Assembly (NCBI RefSeq): GCF_963921235.1
Contig: NC_086108.1
Coordinates: 40,488,001 to 40,552,000, forward strand
From: Mobula hypostoma
Lineage: Eukaryota
DNA length: 64,000 nucleotides
Direction: 5' to 3'
Positions 1 through 11,096 of the stretch are shown piece by piece. The notes under the pieces were generated by a model. The model did no database searches. It had not been told where the DNA came from and was given only the letters and a program-made list of their open reading frames with translations. The stretch's first letter is position 1. Each line of letters starts with the position of its first letter. The position numbers and the translations under genes are program-made.

Positions 1-1
1 G

Positions 2-776
2 TGCCGACTACTAGGGATTCAACAATGGTTCCACGTACCCTACCACCCCCAGAGTTCAGGGATGGTAGAAAGGATGAACCGAATAATCAAGAATGCGTTA
101 GCCAAAGCTATAGCTGAGACAGGAAATACATGGGTGGATGTATTACCAGGAATCCTGATGAGATTGCGCGCAACCCCGAACCGCACTTTGGGACTCAGCC
201 CCTACGAATTATTGATGGGGCGAGCAATGTGACTGCCTTATGGGGTAATTATGGGTTGCGGGGAGCCTGGGGCTTACAGGGATAGAATGACCCAATATGT
301 GAAAGACCTTTGTAACCAACTTAAAGTATTAAAGGACCGAGCGAAACAGCAGCAGTGAATCGCTGATCAGAAAGAGCCAGAGGGAAAGGGGATAGCTCTT
401 CCACAGCCCAGCGACCAAGTTATGGTGAGGGTGCTGCCAGAAAGGCCGGGGTTTTCCCCCAGGTGGATTGGACCACAGACGGTACTCTTTAACCAATGAT
501 ACCTGTGTCTGTGTACAGACTCGGCGAGGCAGCCAGTGGAAACACTGGACTCAGGTTAAAGCATACAACTCACCCTTTTGTTGCTCCCACAGATGGAGTG
601 GGGAACCAAGTGTACCCAGTAACCATGTAATTACAGAGAACCTAAGAGAGGAACACCAGCTGGCCATGCCAGACCTGACCACAGCTGATGAAAACATACC
701 CGGAGAAAACGCAAAGGCAGAAAACACTGAGAGCGTGGCAGAAGACACTGAGAACATGTTGGAAAACAATGAATAG
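2..776 (+). pseudogene. pol: Retroviral integrase, C-terminal half, with in-frame stops and a frameshift
   Basis: Frame 2 reads CRLLGIQQWFHVPYHPQSSGMVERMNRIIKNALAK...WVDVLPGILMRLRATPNRTLGLSPYELLMGR, later QVMVRVLPERPGFSPRWIGPQTV; two TGA stops; acidic tail in ORF 468-776. Confidence 0.92.
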
Positions 777-1500
777 CCTGCTAAAGTGTGATGACGATGG
801 TACTCTGTAAAGAAGGCTGGTTGCTGAAGGTAGATGATTAATTTTATAGCATAGTATAGAAAATTATTTGGGAAATAGATGGGGAGGGATTTTTGAGTTA
901 AAGCAGAGATGGCATGTTCCACCACTTCGATGGCATTTCAGACTGCACCCGGCATCTGAAAGCAGTCACCCCAAGTCTGAGGAGCTGGGCCCTTTTCAGC
1001 AGTTGAGCCAGTGATCAACAGAACAATTCGGAAGGGGGTGCCACCAGGGAGAGGTCCTTGCAGACGTTTATGTAGAGGCCACCCCAACCCCTTCCTGTAC
1101 ATCGATGAGAGAGCCTGTGGGTGCTCCTGGAAGGACAGTTTCAGTGACCAGAGGATAAAGGGCTGAAGACAAAGAAATGTAATTAAGCTGCAGTCAGCCT
1201 GCAGGGAAAGAGCAGGCACACGAAAGGAGCCGCATTCCTAAAGACTTGGAACAGCCTCTCTGCTTAACATTTGGTAGGTAATGCTAGGATCGATATCGAG
1301 GTACATAAAATTGGAGGGGAATTTCGAGACAGGGCATTTTTGCTGCCCTATTTGAGCAGATCCTCCTAGGCTGGCCTTTCCTGATACAAATTTAACTTGT
1401 CCAGGAGGGCCAAGAGGAGAAACTGTTAGAGTGGATTTCTTTTGGGTAGATGATTTGTTTACACTTAAGTGACTTTGGCCACCAGACTTCTATTTTAACT

Positions 1501-1717
1501 AGGAAGAGGTGCAGTCGACATTTTTGGATCTCCCCCTCCCCCTCCCACTTTCAAATCCCTTACTCACTCTTCCTTCAGTTAGTCCTGACGAAGGGTCTCA
1601 GCCTGAAACGTTGACTGCACCTCTTCCTAGAGATGCTGCCTGGCCTGCTGCGTTCACCAGCAACTTTGATGTGTGTTGCTTGAATTTCCAGCATCTGCAG
1701 AATTCCTGTTGTTTTTT
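1501..1717 (+). mobile_element. Short Penelope-derived insertion with hammerhead motif and inverted 5' stub
   Basis: 13-bp TSD TTCTATTTTAACT (1488-1500, 1718-1730); the first ~20 nt are the reverse complement of ~1610-1629; same tail as the GIY-YIG-linked element at 62543-64000. Confidence 0.85.
1581..1616 (+). ncRNA. Minimal type I hammerhead ribozyme motif
   Basis: AGTC-CTGACGA-AGGGTCTCAGCCT-GAAA-CG-TT-GACT: stem I AGTC/GACT, CUGANGA core, stem II hairpin, GAAA, ACGT palindrome in place of stem III. Other copies have the canonical GTC triplet. Confidence 0.75.
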
Positions 1718-3614
1718 TTCTATTTTAACTGTTTGACAAAGGACTGTGGATTGAGTCCACCACAATGGGCTTCCTAAAAGGTGTGAATACCACATACTTC
1801 TGGTAGTTTGATCTGATGCTGTAGTTTCAAAGGCAGTATCACCTATACATTATAAATATTAATTGTCTTCTATGTTAGCACGGGAAATGCCAAATAAATG
1901 TAACGTAGACTTAACTTACATTCCTAAAGACTGTGGATACCAACCCAGACATGCTGGCTTCAGGAGGAAAGGATGGTGTGATTTTGTATGTAGCTTCAAT
2001 AGGAAGCATTGTCTATGCATTGTCTATAACTTTTAAGTAGCAATTGCCTTTGTGTTTAGCATATAAATATCGAGCCCACGTTGAGCCAACAGACCTTTGT
2101 GCGGAAAGCGTCTCGGTACGTAGATACCTGCTGTACCTTGTTGTGTCGAATAAAGGAGCTGCTTTGTATCTACCAGTGACTGTCTCTCCAATAATTTCAT
2201 TGCGCTACAACAGTGGCAATCTTGCACTTGGGGTACTCCAGTGACTGTATATTAGCTAACAATATGCTAGGGAGAGGAAGCACTTTTAAAACTTTCATGC
2301 AGTTTTAAAACATTTTTTATTTGAAAACCAATCATTTCAACAGCTCCAGTACATTCCACATCATCATGATAAGTTCTGACCATGGGGTAGATTGTGCTAA
2401 TGCATGAAGGGTGCTTGGGGCACAGTAATGTGCCAGTCAATCTTTATCTCATTGTCACTGAAGCAATATGCCAGCATGAATGTGGACTTCAGAAAGGATA
2501 TACAGCAGCTTCAAATGCACAGGGTGAGGACACATCCCTTCTTTGGATGGTGTAGGGGAATCTTTGCAATTGGCTTTGATCCGTTTTATCTCCAGCATAC
2601 GCTCAGAAACAATAACTTGTCCTGGCCATCAGCTGGTATGACTGGTTGGTATCAACCCTGTTCCCCAAACACGTCCTGGCCAGCTCTGCCCCTGAATAGC
2701 CTCATTACCTGAAGCTTCTACTTCCTCCATGGCTGCAAGATTCTACTTCTCCTTTCATTTATGGCACATGTGGTTTTGGCGCATAATTATGCAAATGCAT
2801 TGCATACTGAGCACTAGAAAATTTCTCCCCACTTTGCCAAGCCTGAAGCGGGCACTGGCGGATCATTACATGTTTTAACTCACATGAGTAGAAAATTGTG
2901 AGTGAAAACCAGTGATGCTGGGAGATAAAGAGAAGAAGCAGCTGTCCCATGTTCTGCAGACGTATATATGACTGGTTAACCTTCCCCTTTAATTCCTGGC
3001 ACGATGTAGTGTAAACAAGTCCAGATTCTTTATTCCTTTACACATCCAGCAAAATGTTGGAAGATGTATGACATCTTGCCGAGTAAATGCTTTTGCAGTG
3101 GTCAGGGATGTTACATGAGTAGGTTTTCATATCTATTCTTACAAAGAGCTCTTGAGTATGAGGCAGTAAAACTAAATGGACAGTAAAATGATGCTCTCTT
3201 CAAGTTTAATATAATTACTTTTACATAAAATAAGAGAGAATTTCTCTGGGTGACAAACATGAGCTAGTCATGTGAGTATTGAAGTTCAATCCATAGGTGG
3301 GAGCAGTGGGGAGTGGATGTGATTCATTTTTCACTTTGGTGAATGTCTTGGAGCTGCTCACAATAGGTCAGAATCATAATCGAGTTTATTACACTGATAT
3401 ATGTTGCGAAATCTGTTGTATTGCAACAGCAGTATAGTGCAATACTTAAAAGTACTATAAGTAAGTGTAAGAATTACAAAAACATCCATAAGTTGTGCAA
3501 AAATGGGGCAAAATAGTGAGGTAGAGCTCATGGGTTCATGGACCAATCAGAAACCTGATGGCTGAGAAGAAGCTGTCATAAAATGTTTAGTGTGTGTCTT
3601 CAGGCTTGTTAAAA

Positions 3615-3951
3615 TGTGGTTCATGGCTATTAATTTTACAGAAGTAAAAATGGCTGGAGTCCCTTAGCACTTAGTGAAAGAATGTTTATTAGATGCGTCA
3701 AAAATAAAACTTACAAAAATCAGTGAAGATTAGCGGGAGTAGTTTAAAAATACCAATATTTACAAAAAGATATCTGCACACAATAGTAGCTCTGTACTTA
3801 TTCTTGTCCAGTATGAATTCCTGGCAGCTCTGATCACTCTCGCATACTGAGGACAACGAGCTCCTTTTACAGGCACTAGGACATACTACCTTTAAGTACC
3901 AATAAAGTTAACTTAAGACTACACATAAATTAGAATATGATGCACCCCACA
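3615..3951 (-). repeat. Putative solo LTR of an unrelated family
   Basis: TGTGG...CCACA inverted termini, ~337 bp, AATAAA on the minus strand near 3685; no convincing TSD. Confidence 0.4.
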
Positions 3952-6900
3952 ATGTAATTACAATCATATTACAAAATAGACAGAAGTATCAACTTTAAAT
4001 GCAGTAAACAAAAATATATACACATTTACATATCACCATTGCTAAAGAAGTGGAATATTCCACCGTGTATGGTGGGAAAGGCACCATTAAGCTGATCCAA
4101 GCGCGTAACCTTGGTTTAGGACCCAGCGGATGCCATGGAACTGCCAGGAGATGACAACATGAAACAGTAGAATGCTTAGCACAATCGCACACTTACAGTT
4201 AAGTACAGATAAAGAATGAAGTTAAACTTAACTTCGGTGTCCGACTCTGCATGTATGTAGCAATGCTGGGGTGGGGGGAGCGGGGAGTTGATTTTGAGAA
4301 TCTACCAGGGAAGACATTGAAGTGCGTACTCTCACCGCAATGACAACAGAATGGCATGGCAATGTGAGTGCAGCGAGTGCGTTTACTGAGTGCTCTCTGT
4401 CACAGGACTCCCGTACTTCATCCTTCAGGGTCGTGATGACTGAATGGTGACTGTCCTTACTGACGGATGCTGCCTACTTGAGGCATCACCTTTTCAATAT
4501 ATCCTTGATGGTGGGGAGGCTAGTGTCCATGATGGAGCTGGCTGAATTTACAACGCTCAGCATGTTTTAACCGATCCTGTGCTTTGGTGCCTCCACACAG
4601 ACAGTGCTGCATCCAGTCAAAATGCTCTCCATGGTACATCTGTAGAAACTTGGTTGACTACCACACCTCCTCAAACTTCAAATGAATATAGCCACTGGTG
4701 TGCTTTCCTTGTAATTGCATCAATGTATTGGTCCCAGGTTGTGACAGCACCCCTCACCTTGGTTCTCCTTAACCTGTGTTGCCTTCCCTCCTGATGTGAT
4801 TTGCCCTGAAGTAACACAATATAAAATGAATACAGAGCCTCAAAAGTATTGTAATTCTTGAATGCTATTTTAAACTTACTGATTTGGTCACTGCTCTGTT
4901 TTGGCCAATCTAAGTACTTGTTATGTCGGATATGCAAAGCAGATTTACTTATCAGATAAAATTACTAACTCATTTGGGGCCCCAAAACAAATGGTTTTGC
5001 TCATCATTACCAATGTCAGATTTTCATTTCAGATGTATTTAAATAACAGATTCAACTTCACAAACTGCCAAAGAAGGGTTCAAAGTCATATCTCCAAATT
5101 ATTAATTCAGCAACGAAGGTGTCCTTCAGGATGATGTGGAGCTCTAAATGACAGAATTAACTGGCGTTATCTCAGTTCTTCAGATTCCTTTAACACAGTG
5201 ATTCCCAATCTGAGGTTCACCATCCCATTACTTACTAGTGTTGGTCCATGCCATAACATAATGAACTTGAATGAATTCTGGATAACATTAAAATTGCTGC
5301 CGAAACCAAGATGAAAATTCAGAGTCTGTCAGCTTTATTCACACATATTACACATCTGTTGAATGAGGCAGTATAGCGACAAGTAGGAAAGAAAATGACT
5401 GAAATATTAACAGAGTTGCATATGAAGGAACAGAAGTGTGAATGGGAACGTAAACAGGATTAAGGTTGCTTTTGATGTTCGGTATGGACATGGTGTGCTA
5501 ACATGTCTACTTCTGTGCTAGACGACTGAAGACCTAAAACAACATGGTTTGCGTTTGCATTACCTGCACACCACATTTGCTCAGTAAGCCTTTCAATGCA
5601 AAGTGGAAAAAATAAATTCTGTCCTCATCAACAAAGTCTAGGCCCCATTAATTTAAAGAACAATTTAACTTGCATTATTAATCCTTGCCATGTTTCATTT
5701 TTTTTTCTCTGCCATGTTAGCCAATTGCTGTGCGACAATTCAAGTTGGAGTTTCCAGGAAGTCTAAGGAAACGTGGGAGGGACAATATGGGTGATAGTTC
5801 CTCATTCTTGTAGTATCTATGCGGGTGGTGAATCATTTTGTTTCTTATAAACAGGAACACAGGCTATGAAATGGCTGTGGAAATGAGTTAAAAATAAGAA
5901 ATACTGTCAGATCAAAGCCTTAACACTATGAGTGGACTACTCCACTGACATGCAATGATTTTGTAAGACACAATGTATACAAGGAGTTCCATGGCATCTC
6001 CATTCACAAAAGTTTTCATTTGAACAGTTAATTCCACACAGTATCTTCACTGATAGGCACAACAGTTGGCTGAACCTTACCAGCCCATAGCGATAGGCCA
6101 GCATTAAGAGGCCTGCAGTGACAGTTAATAACTAGCCAGGCACCATAGTGGTAAATGTCTCTGCATATACATTTGTGGAAAGCGTGAAAAGAAAGAATGT
6201 TGTTATTTATACAATAGCTATATCCTGTTCTTGCTGTGGCTAGAATTTTTTGTAACAGAGCCTTTGTGGTCACTGAGAAAAAAAAACTGTAAAGAAACTG
6301 ATACTTGTCTTCCTATGTAAAAAAAGACCTCAGTAGTGAATGCAAAGAGCTTCAGATGTTACAGAATAAAGGCAATCTAGGTGGCTGAGCACAGTGCATG
6401 AATTAATTGCATATGTGCCCTAATTGCTCTAAACTGGGCCAAGGACTTTTTGACAAAGTCCTTGACTCAGTTTGGAACAGTAGCAGTTCCCTGACACAAC
6501 ATGCACACAGGTACAAGGAATACAAGGATATAGGATTGCAGTGGAAGCTGCAGTTGTTTCTGCTTTTATTGTTATCATCTACATGCACTGTACATGCAGA
6601 TAACAGCAGCCCTGGGCTCTCTGCTTATGACACAAACCTACATGTCATCTTTAAGGTTGCAAAAGTAAATTTAATTGTGAATTCATGGAAAAATTAGTTT
6701 GAATTTTTTTTCCCAGCCTCAACACCTCTGGTACTAGCTCTGCTGTGGCTTCTGCCATTTTGATGATGGATTATCCCCAGGAATTCAATGGAATTTAGGC
6801 AGCATGCCAACTCAAAGATCACCATTAATGTTGATAGGCCAGCTCTGCATTTTCACTGGCAGATTACCAGTTCAGCTCCATTTCAAATCCCAAGAGGTGA

Positions 6901-7033
6901 AGTGCAATTGGCTTGTGCAGTCAGAGTAGGAAGGTAGTAGTGCTGATGACACACTATGACATGATTTCCCAGTCATGGCTTTACTTGATTAAATCAGAAA
7001 ATTGGGGGAGAAAGTGGGCATTGAAAATGTTCA

Positions 7034-7117
7034 AACAACACACGCAAAATACCGGTACTCAGCAGGCCGGGCAGCACCTATGGAAAAGAGTACAGTCGAC
7101 GTTTCGGGCCGAGACCC
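7034..7117 (-). mobile_element. 84-bp Penelope-derived insertion, 5' end at hammerhead stem II
   Basis: TSD TTGAAAATGTTCA (7021-7033) / TTGAAATTGTTCA (7118-7130); minus strand begins GGGTCTCGGCCCGAAACGTCGACTG. Confidence 0.85.
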
Positions 7118-7566
7118 TTGAAATTGTTCATTTATTTTGAATTCCAAGTTCCCTTTCTTTCTCAATAATGACAGTTTTTTGCTTACATGTCATTTGAGTT
7201 GGCTTTCCACTACAAAGATCAGTCAAAAACCTCAAATTTCCAATTCCGCAACTGGTTTGCACAAAGTTGAAGATGGCTTTAATTTCTTGAGACTACCTTT
7301 TCCCAGTTAAGATTCAGAGAAAATTTTGTGAGAATACTTAATAAGATGCATATCTTCATTGCACCATTTTTCTTCTGTTCATTGGGCTTTTCCTACATGG
7401 AATTCTGAACTTAAAATGGCTGAGGCTGCATTAAATTCAGGCATTTGAAGAGGATTGTTCCACTCCTGAAAACAAGCTAGTCATCAGAAAGAAAACCACA
7501 TTTGTTTCGGTTCCAAGGATGGTAATGTGAAGACATATACTTACCCAATAAGTTATAGTAGGGATA

Positions 7567-7586
7567 GTATCGCCCTCTGCTGTCTC
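7567..7586 (-). promoter_or_regulatory. CTCF-like binding motif
   Basis: Minus strand GAGACAGCAGAGGGCGATAC resembles the CCASYAGRKGGCRS core, in apparently unique sequence. Confidence 0.5.
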
Positions 7587-8681
7587 TGTGCATTATGGCA
7601 ATTTAATTATTATTGAATAATTATCAGCAGTTTAATTATTTATACTGAAGTGTGGCTAAGGATTATTTTCTAAATGACAAACTGCCTCCATCCCAGAGGG
7701 TTATGGAGGTATTTAGAGGAGAGATGGGTAAATGTGCAAAAGATTAGAGAATTGAAGACCATGTTGTATTGGCTCAGAAGAGGAGTTGAGGCTGGGGATA
7801 CAGAACGGCAGTGATTAAATTGAATGGTGGAACAGACTTGAAGGGCTAAGTAGCCTACTTGTGCTCCTATTTTCTTGTGTACTTTTAAGATAAAATCATA
7901 CTGGCACAAGCAACAGGAATTGCAGCTTTCCCTTTGATCTAGCACTGTGTTCATAAGCACTTCCCCAATGGCCTGAATTAAACAGTAGCTCAGCTCTCTT
8001 CCCCTTTCCTGGCTAGTACAGTACTGTATATTAACTGTAATGCTGCATATTTTTGTATTAGTACTATGTACAGATGTTTGACTCAGTGTTAATGCTACTA
8101 ATTCCTCTGTTACTTCTCAGATGATCAAATACAATGTTAGTAGTTTACTGCAACAATATTTCAGGTGCAAACCGTTTCAGTGGGTTACAAATTCTCAATG
8201 GGGTACATTTTAGCTGCTGAAATTAAAAAAACTACGAGAGCTCCCAGCTAGTTTATAGTTGGCATGGATAAACAAATTATCCCAGTGTTTCACTACTTCT
8301 GAAAACTGGACAAAATAGAGATATAAGGAATGTTTATTATATGACAGTATAGCTGGGGGAGAAACCAACACTACCAACCCCACCCCCCACACACACTAAC
8401 AGTTCATATATTTAGCTCTCAAACTCTCGTTCTTTCTCTCACTTTCCTCACAACCATACTGTTTTTGCAGCTTGTGTATGCATAGGCCATGGTATGTAGT
8501 TACACTTTTTAGCTAATGTCTGAAATGTAGACACAAACTCTACCTTATTTCATATTGCTTGTACAGCCAACACCTTTATGCAGGTTGCAGTCAGCCATTC
8601 CGACTGCTCTTTACCATAAAGCTGAAAACAACCCAGACATTTTGTGTTTGTTGGTTCATGCTGGTGCATGTGTGTGTTAAC

Positions 8682-8785
8682 CAACATACACACAATGCTG
8701 GAGGAACTCAGCAGGTCAGGTGGCATGTATGGAAGGAACTGAACAGTCAATGTTTTGGGCAAAGATCCTTCATCAAGTCTCATCA
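8682..8785 (-). mobile_element. 104-bp Penelope-derived insertion with degenerate hammerhead
   Basis: TSD GTGTGTGTTAAC (8670-8681) / GTGTGTTTTAAC (8786-8797); minus strand TTGATGAAGGATCTTTGCCCAAAACATTGACTG. Confidence 0.8.
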
Positions 8786-8817
8786 GTGTGTTTTAACTGC
8801 TTGTTAGTGAACTGCCT

Positions 8818-9117
8818 GTCCTGACACACAGGTCAGCTCAGGCAGACTGGGTGGATAAGACCTACAGTGAGATCCAACTGCCTGGAAGATGGTACTGCAA
8901 TGCTCCGTGGAGAGTGAAAGGCATGACAAGGCACAGAAGATGTCATGGTCATCCATAGCAACTAAGGAAGACCGCAATTTGTGATGCTTACTCAGACCAC
9001 TGGACTCAGACTTCTGAGGTTGAGAGAGTGAATCTCTGCCAGTGCAATGGCTTTTCCACTTTAAAAACTCCCCCCGCACAGGTTTCCTGTCATTGTCAGA
9101 CACACCAGACAACCACC
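8818..9117. mobile_element. 300-bp non-coding retroposon-like insertion, family unassigned (possibly RTE-related)
   Basis: Perfect 12-bp direct repeat AGTGAACTGCCT at 8806-8817 and 9118-9129. Confidence 0.65.
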
Positions 9118-9233
9118 AGTGAACTGCCTCTGTTGGTCAAAAGAGCAATAGATGATCCTGTTGTGATCTATAGGACTTGAAGTTCAAATTTCAAAGTACA
9201 GTTATTATCAAAGTACATTTATGTCACCATGTA

Positions 9234-11096
9234 CACTGCCTATAAACATTATTCAACACCCTTGAAAGTTGTCATGTTCTATTGTTTTACAACATTGAAT
9301 CACAGAGGCTTTTTTGGCTTTTTTTGCCTTTTTGACACTGACCAACAGAAAAAGACTCTTTCATGTCAAAGTGAAAACAGATCTTTACAAAGTGATCTAA
9401 ATTAGTTACAAATACAAAACACAATTAATTGCATAAATATTGACCCCTTCAAGTCAGTATTTACTAAATGAACCTTTGGTAGCAATAACAGCCTTGAGTC
9501 TGTGTGGATAGGTCTTTACGCGCTTTGCACATCTGGACACTGCAATTCTTCCTCATTCTTCTTTACAAAACTGCTCAAGCTCTGTTAGATAGCATAGGGA
9601 TCATGCGTGAACAGTTCTTTCAATTAATAAAACATAATAACTTCTGGGGGGGGGGTGTTGAGGAATGTTTGTTATAGGCACTGTACTACCTTGAGATTCA
9701 TTTTTGTGAAGGCATATACATGAAAACAAAAAAATACAATGGGTCTCTACCCACTTTGCACATCTGGACACTGAAATTCTTCCTCATTCTTCTTTACAAA
9801 ACTGCTCAAGCTCTGTCAGATTGCATGGGGATCATGCATGAACAGTCCTTTTCAAGTCCAGCCACAAATTCTCAGTTGGATTACAGTCTGGACTTGGCCA
9901 CTCCAGGACATTAACTTAGTTGTTCTTAAGCCATTCTGATGTAGCTTTGTCTTTATGATGAGGGTCAATGTCTTGCTGGAAAACTAACCTTCTCCCAGGT
10001 CATAGTTCCCTTGCAGACTGCATTAGTTTTTCTTCAAGGATTTCCCTGTATTTTGCTGCTTTCAATTTACCCTCTCCTTTTACACATCTTCCAAGGCCTG
10101 CTGCAGTGAAACATCCCCACAGCATGATGCGGCCACCACCATGCTTCACGGTCGGGATGGAGTGCTTTTGATGATATGTGGTGTTGGGCTTACACCAAAT
10201 GTAGTGTTTAGTCTGATGGCCAAAAAACTCGATTTTGGTTTCATCAGACCGTAGAGCCTTCTTCCAGCTGACTTCAGAGTCTCCCACATGCCTTCTGGCA
10301 AACTCTAGTTGAGATTTCACGTGTGTTTTTTTGCAACAGTGGCTTTCTCTTTGCCACCCTCCCATAGAGCTGTGACTGTGGAAGCACCCGGGTAACAAGT
10401 TGTTGCATGCACTGTCTCTCCCATCTCTGCCACTGAAGCTTGTAACACCTCCAGAGATGTCATAGCTCTCTTAGTGGCTTCACTCACTAGTCCACTTCCT
10501 GCACGGTCACTCAGTTTTTGAGGATGGCCTGCTCTAGGTAGATTTACAGCTATGCCATATTCTTTCCATTTCTTGATGATTGATTTAACTATACTCCAAG
10601 GGATAGTCAGTGACTTGGAAATTTTCTTGTATCCATCCAACACGTGTTTTTCAATAACATTTTCACAGAGTTGCTTGGAATGTTCTTTGAATTCATGGTA
10701 TAGCTTTTTCCAGGATACTGACTCACCAGTAGTTGGACCTTCCAGATACAGGAGTATTTTTACTACAATCAATTGAAACATCATGACTGCACATGGTGAT
10801 CTCTATTTAACTAATTATGTGACTTCTAAAACCAATTGGCTGCACTAGTGATGATTTGGTGTGTCATTTTAAAGAGAGTGAATATTTATGCAATCAATTA
10901 TTTTGTGATTTATATTTGAAATTAATTTAGATCACTTTGTAGAGATCTGCTATCGCTTTGACACAAAAAAGTCTTTTTTCTGTTGATCAGTATCAAAAAA
11001 AGCCAAATTAAATCCACTGTAATTCAATGTTGTAAAACAATAAAACATAATAACTTCTGGGAGTTGGGGGTTGAGGAATCTTTGTTATAGGCACTG
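9234..11096 (-). mobile_element. Tc1-family DNA transposon with long (~200 bp) TIRs, internally rearranged
   Basis: TA|CACTGCCTATAA...TTATAGGCACTG|TA ends; inverted repeats ~9234-9440 and ~10880-11096; inserted into a LINE 3' tail. Confidence 0.92.
9745..10700 (-). pseudogene. Tc1 transposase, frameshifted
   Basis: ORF 10317-10784 (GYKKISKSLTIPWSIVKSIIKKWKEYG...LPRAGHPQKLS, paired-like HTH) and ORF 10000-10398 (WKKALRSDETKIEFFG...PTVKHGGGRIMLWGCF). Confidence 0.92.

Larger units (their letters stand above)
1..2212 (+). mobile_element. 3' end of endogenous retrovirus-like provirus, copy 1 (integrase end, env-less 3' segment, PPT, 3' LTR)
   Basis: Integrase core from base 2; purine tract AGGAGGGCCAAGAGGAGAAA (1403-1422) just before a TG-starting LTR; collinear with the minus-strand element at 44190-45960. 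Confidence 0.9.
1424..2212 (+). repeat. LTR type A (3' LTR of copy 1), interrupted by an insertion at 1501-1717
   Basis: TGTT...AACA termini, TATAAAT at 2062, AATAAA at 2149; aligns along its length with the reverse complement of 43600-44151. Confidence 0.9.

Noticed and set aside
938..1219. Antisense ORF in the ERV 3' region (HBZ/ASP-like idea)
   Set aside because: The frame is broken in copy 2 and there is no motif support.
2789..2796. Octamer ATGCAAAT, as in Ig promoters; also near 21010
   Set aside because: No leader or V exon and no heptamer-nonamer RSS nearby; an 8-mer is expected by chance.
6407..6697. ORF with a signal-peptide-like stretch (QWKLQLFLLLLLSSTCTVHA)
   Set aside because: No ATG next to the hydrophobic stretch, no clear splice donor and no recognisable downstream domain.
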